Shown: positions 1 to 11,357, counted from the first letter of the stretch. The stretch is 64,000 nt of DNA from Octopus sinensis (GCF_006345805.1 NC_043006.1:22196001-22260000), one strand, 5' to 3'. Numbers and translations: made by a program. The notes: generated by a model not told the origin, from the letters alone.

Positions 1-165
1 TTTTTTTTTTCTTTTAGTCTTAACATGCCAATTCTGACCGCTGCCAAATATTAAATCAATCTATTGAATCCTTTTTACCTACCATTTCTTTCCTCTGGAA
101 TTAATTTCCTTTTCTCATCAAACCTACAGAACTGTAATTTGAAACCGTACTGAATGTTAACCATG

Positions 166-630
166 TTAATGCCACTTGACAATCCCATTCTCCCAGGCAA
201 AGAGGACATAGAGGATGAAATTCGAGCAGGGGCACTGCTCCTGCTCCTTCTCATCAGGATGATAAATTAAAGATAATACGCGACACAAAATAAACTGTAC
301 CCCCATGATTAATGCATTAACAGTGAACAGCAATGCACATATGCAGTACCAATACATCCATGCAGAAACACTGTACGCAATCACTTCAGTGTGTGCAAGC
401 AACAGTCCCGCCCACTGCAAAAGTATTTGGCTAAGTGCATCGTCTTTGTGTAATATCATAGCAATGTGATAGCATCTTAATGTTATATCTGTCATAGGAA
501 TGTGGTATATCCAGTTATGCTTTCCTGAATGCACATAGAAGAACCGGCGAATGCTGCATAAAATATCGTTGCTGATACATAGAGAAAGGAAAGCCATCAA
601 CATTACTGTTATCAAAAGCAGCAACAGCAT
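166..630 (-). CDS. Probable terminal coding exon of an unidentified multi-pass membrane protein
   Basis: 154-codon open frame in unique sequence with 3-4 hydrophobic segments. Preceded by CAG (633-631) and an in-frame TGA at 645-643, so it begins at a splice acceptor or at the ATG. Ends in TAA at 168-166. Confidence 0.6.
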   Translation of the reverse strand: MLLLLLITVMLMAFLSLCISNDILCSIRRFFYVHSGKHNWIYHIPMTDITLRCYHIAMILHKDDALSQILLQWAGLLLAHTEVIAYSVSAWMYWYCICALLFTVNALIMGVQFILCRVLSLIYHPDEKEQEQCPCSNFILYVLFAWENGIVKWH

Positions 631-697
631 CTGGTAGCAGTATCATCACTTACAAACGAGAGTTCACGGAGGTCAATCGAGAGTTTTTATCACAATC

Positions 698-1270
698 GAT
701 TAGTCCAAGGAATAGCAGAGATGGAGAAAGGCTATTGATTATCCCAAGGGAGGTGGATAAAGAATGAATATGGATTGTTCCAAAGAAAGGAGATGAAGAA
801 AATGGATTTGTCCAAGAGTGGAGGATAAAGATTATGGATTAGTCCAAGAGTGGGAGATAAAAGACTCTGGATTAATCCAAGGGTAAGGATGAAAGAAGAT
901 ACTATGGATTAGTCCAAGGTTGGAGATGTAAGAAGATTACAGATTAGTCCAAATGAGAGAATTAGCCCAAGGTTGTGAAATGCAAACCAGGGTATTAGTC
1001 CAAGAGCAGGGGACAAAGAAAGATTCTGGAGTAGAGTAAATGAGGGGATGTGGAATACTTCAAGAGTGTGGATCAAGAAAGATTGTAGATTAGTCTGAGG
1101 AATGTTAGAGAAGAAAGTTATAGATAAGTCCAAGAAGAGGTAGAGATGAAGAAAAATTACTGATTAATCCAAGAATGGTCGTGAAGAAAGATTATGGATT
1201 AGTCTAAGAAAGGGGAGGATGAAGAAGGATTACAGATTAATCAAAAGGTGGCGATTATGAGCTAGTCCAA
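698..1270. repeat. Degenerate ~35-bp purine-rich minisatellite with a GATTAGTCCAAG core
   Basis: About 17 core copies, e.g. 698, 737, 773, 805, 837, 870, 907, 942, 1088, 1123, 1162, 1197, 1235. Spacing is mostly 32-39 bp. Confidence 0.8.
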
Positions 1271-1390
1271 ACAGTGGAGACAGTAGGAATACCAGCTATC
1301 CAAAACCTTCACTAGGTCAAGTAATGAAGATCTTGTCATCATTATTTACACATGTGTTTTTGCATAACAAATATAAGAACTAATTTTTTC

Positions 1391-1780
1391 TCTTTTTCTT
1401 TTACTTGTTTCAGTCATTTTGACTGCGGCCATGCTGGAGCACCGCCTTTAATCGAGCAACTCAACCCTGGGACTTATTCTTTGTAAGCCCAGTACTTATT
1501 CTATCGGTCCCTTTTACCGAACCGCTAAGTGACGGGGACATAAACACACCAGCATCGGTTCTCAAGCAATGCCAGGGGGACAAACACAGACACACAAACA
1601 CACACATATATATACATATATACGACGGGCTTCTTTCAGTTTCCGTCTACCAGATCCACTCACAAGGCTTTGGTCGGCCCGAGGCTATAGTAGAAGACAC
1701 TTGCCCAAGGTGCCATGCAGTGGGACTGAACCCGGAACCATGTGGTTGGTAAACAAGCTACTTATCACACAGTCACTCCT
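1391..1780 (-). mobile_element. tRNA-derived SINE family A, full length
   Basis: On the minus strand: head AGGAGTGACTGTGTGATAAG with a GGTTCAGTCC B-box, internal (TA/TG)n, and tail GACTGAAACAAGTAAAAG. Many near-identical copies in the window. Confidence 0.9.
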
Positions 1781-2064
1781 GGTTTCTTTTAATGAGTTGC
1801 AGTCTGGTTTTGGGGCAGGGGATTTAGTTAACTGAATAGATCACCAGCGTATTTGTAGGTTTGATGTCTTGTTGAAAATCTAGATAGGTATCAGCATGGC
1901 CATGTGGTTAAGGTGGTTTGGGGTTCAATCCCACAGTGTAACACTTTTGGCGAGTGCCTTTCACAGTCCCCTAAAGCTGACCAAACCCTTATGAGTAGAT
2001 TTGGTAGATGGAAACAGAAAGGAGACCATCATATATGCATATGTGTGTGTGTGTGTGTGGTGTG

Positions 2065-2106
<42 letters not shown>

Positions 2107-2193
2107 TATTAGAGACAAAACCACTATTTTGCAAAACAAACAAGGAAAGACTTAATCAATACATAAAATTTTAATAAATAGTCAAAAAAACCG

Positions 2194-2236
2194 CCACTAC
2201 AATCGTTTCTTGTCTTGATCGACAATCTTCAGGTGG
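2194..2236 (-). ncRNA. Mirror copy of the minimal hammerhead ribozyme
   Basis: Exact reverse complement of 2300-2342. Confidence 0.75.
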
Positions 2237-2299
2237 ACTTCCAATAAGTCAGTTTCAAATTATGAAGACTTCATAATTTGAAACTGACTTATTGGAAGT

Positions 2300-2342
2300 C
2301 CACCTGAAGATTGTCGATCAAGACAAGAAACGATTGTAGTGG
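2300..2342 (+). ncRNA. Minimal type I hammerhead ribozyme (PLE type)
   Basis: CCAC (I) - CTGAAGA - TTGTC gatcaa GACAA (II) - GAAA - C gatt G (III) - TA - GTGG (I'). Predicted cleavage after GUA at 2338. Confidence 0.75.
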
Positions 2343-2517
2343 CGGTTTTTTTGACTATTTATTAAAATTTATGTATTGATTAAGTCTTTCCTTGTTTGTT
2401 TTGCAAAATAGTGGTTTTGTCTCTAATAATATTTTATAATATTTTACTATAAAATTGGATTTAATCCTAAATCTGATTTTTTTCCCTGTAAATTTGGATT
2501 TATTCCCTAATATTTAT

Positions 2518-2519
<2 letters not shown>

Positions 2520-2548
<29 letters not shown>

Positions 2549-2639
2549 GTATATAAGTATACATGTGTATATACGTATGTATATATATATATGTATGTAT
2601 ATGTGTGTATATATATATATATGTGTGTGTGTGTATGTA

Positions 2640-2683
<44 letters not shown>

Positions 2684-2698
2684 CATACACACACACAT

Positions 2699-2729
<31 letters not shown>

Positions 2730-2886
2730 CATACACACATATACATACATATATATATATACGTATATAAATACGTATACTTCTAGGTGCAGTTCCATGG
2801 TCATACATGATCAAGGGGGATCCACATATATATACACATATATTTATATATATATATATAATATATATATTATATTACATACATAC

Positions 2887-2919
<33 letters not shown>

Positions 2920-3030
2920 TGTATGTATGTATGTATGTATGTATGTATGTATGTATGTATGTATGTATGTATGTATGTATGTATGTATTATATATATATG
3001 TATGTATGTATATATATAAATATATATGTA
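2520..3030. repeat. Compound (TA)n/(TG)n/(CA)n/(TATG)n microsatellite field
   Basis: Read directly from the sequence. Source of the spurious YIYI/CMYV ORFs. Confidence 0.95.
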
Positions 3031-3370
3031 TATATATGTGGATCCCCCTTGATCATGTATGACCATGGAACTGCACCTAGAAAGTTACCCTCCAAGGCAC
3101 AAATCTGGGCAAAGGTTGTTTATGGAAGACCAGCAGTTGCCCATGCATACCAGCTACCCCTCTCCACACCACTGGTGTTATCCAAGGGAAAGGCAAAAGG
3201 GGCTGATACAGCTTGGCACCCAGTGATGTCGTATCTCATTCTACAGCTGAGTGAACAGGAGCAATGTGGAATAAAGTGTCTTGCTGAAGAACACAAAACA
3301 CAGCCTGGTTTGGGAATTGAACTCACTACCTCATGATTGTGAGTCCAATGCTCTAAGCACTGAGCCATGT
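3028..3370 (-). mobile_element. tRNA-derived SINE family E
   Basis: Minus-strand head TGGCTCAGTGC (A box) and GAGTTCAATTC (B box). A related degraded copy lies at ~7033-7200 (+). Confidence 0.7.
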
Positions 3371-3868
3371 ATGTGTGTGTGGTGTGTGTGTGTATGTCTG
3401 TGCTTCCTTGCCTCGACATCACATGATGGTTTAAATGAATGACACCTCCGTACAAGTGGTGTCATTTGTTTCCAATTTTCTATGAAAGCATTCTTGGGTT
3501 GGAGACAGTAATGGCATCAAGCTGTAGAAAAATCAGCTTCGACAAACTCTGTCCGATCCATACAAGCATAGATAAAATGGATATTAAACAATAATAATAA
3601 TGATACTGTGAAGCTGCCTTGCTTAGTATAAAGTATTTGTCTAGTAGCTTAACTGACTGCATTATTATTACTACTGCGGCCTCAATGTCATCACGGGATT
3701 CAATAATTTCAGAACATCTACCAAGCCTTTGTTACAGCAAAGAGTTTTATTGAACAGTTATCTGGTAGTTAAATATCGTTAGTCATTGATTAGTTAAATA
3801 TCATTAAGTTCTGGCAGTCATAAGTGGACAAAGAACAGAAGAGACAATTCAAACAAGATCTTTTATTG

Positions 3869-3909
<41 letters not shown>

Positions 3910-3925
3910 ATCTATCTATCTATCT

Positions 3926-4340
3926 ATCTTTTACTCTTTTACTTGCTTCAGTCATTTGACTGCGGCTATGCTGGAGCACCGCCTTTTTTTTTTAATCGAG
4001 CAACTCGACCCTGGGAGTTATTCTTTGTAAGCCCAGTACTTATTCTATCGGTCTCTTTTGCCGAACCGCTAAGTGACGGGGACATAAACACACCAGCATC
4101 GGTTGTCAAGCAATGCTAGGGGCACAAACACAGACACACAAACATTCACGGACACACACACATATATATATATACATATATATGACGGGCTTCTTTCAGT
4201 TTCCATCTACCAAATCCACTCACAAGGCTTTGGTCGGCCCGAGGCTATAGTAGAAGACACTTGCCCAAGATGCTACACAGTGGGACTGAACCCGGAACCA
4301 TGTGGTTGGTAAACAAGCTACTTACCACACAGCCACTCCT
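3926..4340 (-). mobile_element. SINE family A, full length
   Basis: Colinear with 1391-1780. Confidence 0.9.
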
Positions 4341-4374
4341 GCACCTATAATAATAATAATAATAATAATAATAA

Positions 4375-4671
4375 TCATCATCATCATCATCGTTTAACGT
4401 CTGCTTTCCATGCTAGCATGGGTTGGACAATTTGACTGAGGACTGGCGAACCAGATGGCTGCACCAGACTCCAATCTGATCTGGCAGAGTTTCTACAGCT
4501 GGATGCCTGAGAGTGTTCCTACAGCTGGACTCCAAGAGTGTAGTGGGTGCTTTTACGTGCCACCGGAACGAGGGCCAGTCAGGTGGTACTGGCAACGGCC
4601 ACGCTCAAATGGTGTTTTTTATGTGCCACCTGCACAGGAGCCAGTCCAGCAGCACTGGCAACGACCTCACT

Positions 4672-4672
<1 letters not shown>
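4375..4672 (-). mobile_element. 5'-truncated RTE LINE 3'UTR fragment (family C)
   Basis: (CAT)n-CGTTTAACGTC...CATGCTAGCATGGGTTGGAC end shared with the LINE at 57075-58487. Confidence 0.75.
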
Positions 4673-4712
<40 letters not shown>

Positions 4713-4714
4713 CT

Positions 4715-5155
4715 TTTCTACTATAAGCACAAGGCCTGAAATTTTGGGGGAGGGGCCAGTCGATTAGATCAACCCCAGTATGCAACTGGTACTTAATTTA
4801 TCAATCCTAAAAGGATGAAAGAAAAAGCTGACCTCAGCGGAATTTGAACTCAGAATGTAGCAACAGGCAAAATATCACTAAGCATTTTGTTCAGCATATT
4901 AATGATTCTGTCAGCTTGCCACCTAATTAATAATGATAATAATCCTTTCTACTAAAGGCACAAGGCTTGAAATTTTGGCGGAGGGGACTAATTGATTACA
5001 CTGACCCCAGTGCTCAACTTGTACTTAGATTATTGATCCCAAAAAGATGAAAGACAAAGTCAATCTGAATAAAATTTGAACTCAGAACACAAAGACAGAC
5101 AAAATGTCGCTAAGCATTTTGTCCAGTGGGGTAATGGTTCTGCCAGCTCACTGCC
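4715..5155 (-). mobile_element. Two tandem SINE family B copies (~4715-4925 and ~4945-5155)
   Basis: GAGTTCAAATT B-box and CTTTCATC/CCTTT...GATAAATTAAGTACCAG-type body on the minus strand, with (TTA)n tails. Confidence 0.8.
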
Positions 5156-5205
<50 letters not shown>

Positions 5206-5468
5206 CATAATAATAATAATAATCATAATAATAATAATAATAATAATAACCTACATAAAATACTGACTATGTAATCTGAAATTTTAAAACAAACTCATAA
5301 TTTTCTTATGGCTTCTTAAACATTCTCTAGGACAACACTATGTATAAAATCAAATATATGGCACCCTAGGCATAACACCAACATGAACTTCTGACTTGTT
5401 GTCTCTTGAAGTCTCTGGGTGAGACTTGAAGCCAACTTGTACAAATGCAAACCAAAAGTCACATATAA

Positions 5469-5502
<34 letters not shown>

Positions 5503-5505
<3 letters not shown>

Positions 5506-6060
5506 GCCCTGATGCAGTACCAGGCAGCGGCTCTCATGGCTTCTGATCTTAACTGACTGGAAGTGACATCATGTACATTGTTTTGTCTTGGTATAAAAGA
5601 TGGGCTACAGCAAATATTCTGCTCAATACCACAGATTTGCTTGTCAGTTGTTTGACCTTAACCAGTTGAGCATGTCCGCTAGTGGCTGACGATATGTGCA
5701 TCTCTGATCACGAGCAGAAGTAGTGGGGGAGCATCATAGCCATGTGTTGAGAGGGATTCTTTGGGGTTTGAATAATTCACCTCTGGAAACATGGGTGGTT
5801 CTTTCAACATCCTTAAACAACCCTTATTCAGGGACCTTTTGAGCGGGATGGGCTACTCAACCTGAAGAAATTTCTAACTGAGCCCCACCTGCAAGGTCAT
5901 GTGCTGTTTATCTTGATATGAGATCACCATGTCGCGCACATATGGTTGTGATGCATGTGCCTGGTGTACCCTTATCAGACGGGTAGTCGTGATGGGTATA
6001 TTGGGCTTCGTATATTTTACCCCAGTGTCACTTTGATGGCATGAACTGCTCTCTCACTCA
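5503..6060 (+). mobile_element. 558-bp non-coding interspersed element in a (TAA)n array (family F, copy 1)
   Basis: AATGCCCTGATGCAGTACC...CTCTCTCACTCA with TAA repeats on both sides. Same ends as the copies at 12673 and 44304. Orientation is arbitrary. Confidence 0.85.
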
Positions 6061-7999
6061 ATAATAATAAAATGCAAGGCGAATTTAAGAGAGAATAGAA
6101 TGAGTAGAAAAATAGAGCACATTATTAACAAACCATTAGTGAACATCATCTCATTCCAAAATATCCAGAGGAGGAGGAGGAAGTGGTGGTAGTGGGAAGG
6201 TGGAGGGGATTCAACGAAGTATACAGTTTAGGATATGTGATCACAGTATGGCTTCATTAATTAAATGATCTTAAGAGTTTGTGTACAAAAGCCCGTCTGT
6301 GAATCTGAATGCAAGAGTTTCCATTTGGGAAAAAGTGGGTGGTGATAGCAATGCATTTTAAATAACTGCCAAGATTAAATCCATATAATTTGGGTGCTGC
6401 TATAAATGGTACAATGTACTTCCAATTGGCCTTTCAGTAATTATATACATATGTGTGTGCATTTGAGTATATGTATGCGTATGAACCAATCAATCAGTAA
6501 TTGGTCTTCCTATAATTATATGCATACATGTGTGTGTGTGTGTGTGCGTGCATGCATGTGAATTCATCAACTGGCAATTATATTATGATTAAAATAAAAG
6601 AGAAGAATTTTCTGTTTAAAAGAACTGAAGATGTCTTTTGTGACTTTAATAGTTAAAGAAGCAGTGTCCATAAGCTCGTTATAGAGTGTGAATTGAAGAA
6701 GATAGATAATTAGCTTCAGTTAATTATGGATAATAAATTTGAAACGATGAAAGTCAATTCAAATTTCTTCATAATCCAACCAAGTGGCTGGTATAGATCA
6801 ATGTTTAACTCTGGTTTCATAAAATTTGGGAGAACAGAGTCAGATCTTTGGATAAGACACTAAGATATCACTGGTACCTATTGTTAAAGTGGACTGAAGA
6901 ATGTAGAATTAATGCCGTCCAGAAATACAAATGAATAATAGCAGTCAACTTTTCCTGAAATCACACTGTGTTACCTTAAAGAAGGAAGGACACATTCAGT
7001 AATGTAGTGTTACATGCTATTCACATGTGTGAAGGCACATGGTCAAGTGGTTGAGTTGTTGGGCTCATGATCATTACATCATGTGTTCAATTCCTGGACA
7101 GGGCAACATGTTGTGTCCTTGCACAAGGCACTTCGTTTCATGTTGTTCTAGAGTGCTCAGCTGTAACGAATACCAGCTAGACAACTGGCACAGCCCTTTC
7201 TCCTTTCAGTTGTTACACTATGGATGTTCTACTCAGTCAAGGATGGAAGGTCTGAGAGAGTAACTACATCTGCTCACAACTATACAGACAATAAGTGGAA
7301 ACATGGTACTTGCTACCAGGTCATATTCACTTGCAAATGATCACTCTGGTCATACTCCATGTCTGAATAAAAAGTGGGATGGTCATGACTGGGATGTCTC
7401 ATCATAGAGGCTGCTCAATCAGTCATGGCAAAATAGATAGAGAGCAGATGTGAAGAAATGATTTGAGAAATCTACAGTGCATCGATTTTGACAACAGTCC
7501 ACTGAGAACCATTAAATCAGAGGTGAAGTTTGTGATAAGAAGTACTATTCACATCTCAGTTTCAAATTTCAGTTAACCCTTTAGTATTTAGATGGGCCCT
7601 ATCTGGTTCAAATATTCTACCAATTCTATGGTCAGACTATCAAGATGTGGCCTCTTGCAACCATCCTGCAAGATTATTCTAAAAACACAACATCAACATC
7701 ACCATCATCATCATCACCATCATCATAAGTCTGTTTTCCATGCTGGCATGAGTTGAATGGTTTGACCAGAGCTGGTAAGGCTAGGGCCACACCAGGCTCC
7801 ATTGTCAGTTCTGGAATGGTTTCTATAGCTGGATGCCCCTCCTAATGCCAACCACTCCACAGAGTGTATCATGAATGATTTTACAAAATTAAAATCGCAA
7901 AGCTACAAGAAAATGCATATTTCTGGCCTTGCGCCAAAATTTGAAATCATTATTATTATTACTATTATGCCAGTCCGAAGTCAGGATGCCATGATAGAT

Positions 8000-8190
8000 C
8001 GTTAGCTCCTACACGCATTTTTTTTCTCTCCTTGGTTTTTTTCTGTGTATCTTTCTGTCGAAGAGCATAGGCTCGAAACGTAAAAGACTTGTTTTATTTC
8101 TATTCCTGAGCGCCATACTAATACAATTGTTTGTTTGTACTCCACCTGCCTTCGTCTTTTGTTCATTTTCGTAAACTTTCCCTTTATATA
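8000..8190 (+). mobile_element. Penelope-like terminal fragment with a variant minimal hammerhead (8050-8087)
   Basis: TCTTT - CTGTCGA A - GAGC atag GCTC - GAAA - CGTA - AAAGA. Confidence 0.55.
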
Positions 8191-8214
8191 TATACATATA
8201 CACATACACACATG

Positions 8215-8437
8215 CAGTAATCCTTCACTATATCATGATTCACCTATCGCGGTTTATTATTTAAGCTTATGCTGATTCCTCAGTGGCGTTGTTTTGCATT
8301 TATAATAAAATAAATATATACAAATTTAAAAAATAATTAAAAAAAATATACAGTACAGTACTGTTTCTACGTTACGGATTTTGACCAATCGCAAGGGGTT
8401 TCGGAATGTAACACCTGCGACAGCCGAGGGATTATTG
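8215..8437. mobile_element. pogo/Tigger-like MITE
   Basis: Imperfect TIRs CAGTAATCCTTC... and ...GAGGGATTATTG, followed by TA. Confidence 0.6.
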
Positions 8438-8885
8438 TATATGTATATATTATTCGTTTAAGTCTTTCAACTGCAACCATGCTGGAGCATAGCCTTGAAG
8501 GGTTTAGTTGAACAGGTTGATCCCAGTAATGTTTTTAAATCTGGTATTTACTTGACCAGACTCTTTTGCCAAACTGCGAAGTCAAAGGGATGTAAATAAA
8601 CCATCACCGGTTCTCAAGTGGTGGTGGTGGTGGGGGACAAACATAAACACACACACGCATATATATACATACAAATATCTATGACAGGCTTCTTTCAGTT
8701 TCTGCCTACCGAATCCACTCACAAGGCTGTGATTACCTGGAATATATAGAAGACGCTTACCCAAGAAGACACTTCTTGCACAGAGGGGTTGAACTCAAGG
8801 ACAAATGGTTGGAAAGCAAGCTCCTTAAATACACCACTATGCTTGCACCAATACACGCACATAGACACATTGGGTGGTGGGGGCA

Positions 8886-9279
8886 TACTCTTTTACTCTT
8901 TTACTTGTTTCAGTCATTTGACTGCGGCCATGCTGGAGCACCGCCTTTAGTCGAGCAAATCGACCCTGCGACTTATTCTTTGTAAGCCCAGTACTTATTC
9001 TATCGGTCTCTTTTGCTGAACCGCTAAGTGACGGGGACATAAACACACCAGCATCGGTTGTCAAGCAATGCTAGGGGGACAAACACAGACACACAAACAC
9101 ACACATACATATACATATATACGACAGGCTTCTTTCATTTTCCGTCTACCAAATCCACGCACAAGGCATTGGTCGGCCCGGGGTTATAGCAGAAGACACT
9201 TGCCCAAGATGCCACACAGTGGGACTGAACCCGGAACCATGTGGTTGGTTAGCAAGCTACTTACCACACAGCCACTCCT
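8886..9279 (-). mobile_element. SINE family A, full length (older degraded copy at ~8455-8840)
   Basis: Colinear with 1391-1780. Confidence 0.9.
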
Positions 9280-9656
9280 GCGCCTGTTTAAAAATACACT
9301 AGGAAAATTTGAAGGAAAAATAAATCAGCTTTTCCATTTCCTTTACCAGAAAGTTCTTTTTAGTTTTAGGGGATAATCAAAATAGCTTGTTGATCCCTAC
9401 ATGTGTAATATGATTAGAAGACCAGCTGGTGGTATGAAATTGCTAACAGAAATTTTCCGAAAGAAGTAATTCCCATGATGTTTATTGACCAAAGAAAAAA
9501 AAAAGCGGAAGTCAAAACAACTTCCCAACTGAATTTTATTATCTCACATCATCAAATATCATTGATTTAACACAAGTAAAGTATGGTGCAAACTACCAAG
9601 ATATAAAAAAATATAACATTCAGGGCACAGGTGTGGCTGTGTGGTAAGAAGCTCAG

Positions 9657-9878
9657 CGTAAAGGCGGTGAGCTGGCAGAAATGTTAGCACACCGGGCAAA
9701 ATGCTTAGCGATATTTTGTCTGCCATTACGTCCTGGGTTCAAATTCCGCCCAGGTCGACTTTGCCTTTCATCCTTTCAGGGTCGATAAATTAAGTACCAG
9801 TCAAACACTGGTGGTTGATGTAATTGACTTAATCCATTTGTCTGTCCTGGTTTGTCCCCTCTGTGGGCAATAAAGAAA
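9657..9878 (+). mobile_element. SINE family B nested in SINE-A
   Basis: 12-bp TSD TAAGAAGCTCAG at 9645-9656 and 9879-9890. Confidence 0.9.
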
Positions 9879-9955
9879 TAAGAAGCTCAGTGCCTAACCA
9901 CATGGATTCAGGCTCACTCCCATTGTGTGACACCTTCAGCAAGTGTCTTCTACCA

Positions 9956-10838
9956 TGTGGTCTGATCAATAAGTATCCGGACTATTGCCATAGTAACGAA
10001 GCTAAAGCACATTGAGTGATGCTGCTTGGCACAGATTCACCTTGAACTCTGTTGTGCATGCATACTGAGTTTCAACGTTCTAGCTCACTTCCGCTGTTTA
10101 CAGCAATGCTTGGAAGGAACGTGTGTAGCATGTGATTGTTGTACTGACCATGTTGAAGAAAGCTGAGCAGAGAATCTGCATCAAATTTTGCCAAAAGCTT
10201 GATGATACCTGCTCAGAGGCCTACACAAAGTCTTCAAAAAATCTCCATCGTTCTCGACACAATCAAGGAGATATCATGCAATTGAAATCCGAGTGTCTTT
10301 TTGGTCAAGTGGAAACAGTTTAGGCACAAACTTGGCAGACACGCATCTCATACCCTAATCTTCAGTGATAATGGACTGAACTGAACTGGAACTAATCTAC
10401 ACCTCCTCTGTGATAACTCACAGAAGGTGATTTGACAATTTCCCTTCACAGCTGCATGTACATCTGCGATGTTTTTCTTAATTCTGCTGGTTGTGGGTCT
10501 CCCAGAATGTTTGTCATTACTGACATTTTTTCGGCCACCTTGGAAACGTCTGAACCACTCATACTCTTGTGTGTGACTCGTACACTTCTTGCAACATTGC
10601 ATAGGGCTCTGAGCAGGTATTGCCATGACAACTTTTTCTGAAATGGTCAATGCAACGATCACATGCTACACACCTTCCTTCCAAGCACTGCTGTAAAGAG
10701 GGGAAGGGAGTTAGAATGTTAAAACTTAGTGTCCATGCACAACAGAAGTCAAGGTAAATCTGTGCCAAGTGGCTTCACTCTGCGTGTTTTAGCTTTGCTA
10801 CTATGGCAACAGTCCGGATACTTATTGATCATACCTTG
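9956..10838 (-). mobile_element. Non-autonomous mariner made of two inverted 5' ends
   Basis: TIRs GGTCTGATCAATAAGTATCCGGACT and its reverse complement. TA on the right, CA on the left. N-terminal transposase EQRICIKFCQKL on the plus strand and a longer HTH region on the minus strand. Confidence 0.85.
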
Positions 10839-11357
10839 TATAGCTTCAGGCTGACCAAAGCCTTGTCAGGGATTTGGTAGATGGAAACTGAAAGAAGCCC
10901 GTCATATACATATATATTTATGTGTGCGTATCTTTGTGTCTTTGTCCCCCAGCACAACTAGTGCTAGTGTTTCTGTCCCTGTAACTTAGCGATTTGGCAA
11001 AAGATATTGATAGAATAAGTATCAGGCTTAAAAAATAAGTACTGGGGTGTCGATTCATTTGACTAAAAGTCCTTTAAGGCAGTACCCCAGCATGGCCACA
11101 GTTTAATGACTGAAACAAGTAAAAGGTAAGAGATATAAAAGTCCCAGAATTCACAACGAACAAAAATACATGAATAAAACAACAAACTAAATGATAGGTA
11201 AGTTAAAGGAGATCACCAGTCGCCCCTTTCAGAAAACACCATCTTATGATTACCCCTTCCCTTTGCTTCAGTAAAATAAAAATAAAAAAAGGCAAACTAA
11301 CAGATTATTTAAATCAAGTAGAAGATAGTTTTGTGTAGTGGTTTGTTATCCGTATTT

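Larger units (their letters stand above)
2097..2520. mobile_element. Penelope-like element terminal fragment with an inverted duplication (~340-bp palindrome, 2097-2438)
   Basis: Arms 2097-2267 and 2269-2438 are reverse complements apart from a 1-nt indel. Each arm carries a minimal hammerhead. Inverted truncated termini are typical of PLE insertions. Confidence 0.75.
9626..11130 (+). mobile_element. SINE family A interrupted by a SINE-B and a mariner
   Basis: Head at 9626, body resumes at 9891 and 10841, tail ends near 11130. Confidence 0.8.

Noticed and set aside
698-1270. CRISPR-like repeat/spacer appearance
   Set aside because: The core is only ~12 bp and degenerate, the linkers resemble each other, there are no cas genes, and the context is eukaryotic. 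It is a minisatellite.
1569-1835. Recurrent ORF GGQTQTHKH...RRASFSFRLP (also 9068, 41675 and others)
   Set aside because: It is the same open frame in SINE-A copies, not a gene family.
2500-3336. Long ORFs rich in YI/CV/HT/MYVC (also ~17.3, 20.0-21.1, 27.8, 43.2-43.9, 48.7-49.6, 52.0-52.8, 53.5 kb)
   Set aside because: These are translations of (TA)n, (TG)n, (TATG)n and (TATC)n microsatellites, which lack stops in some frames.
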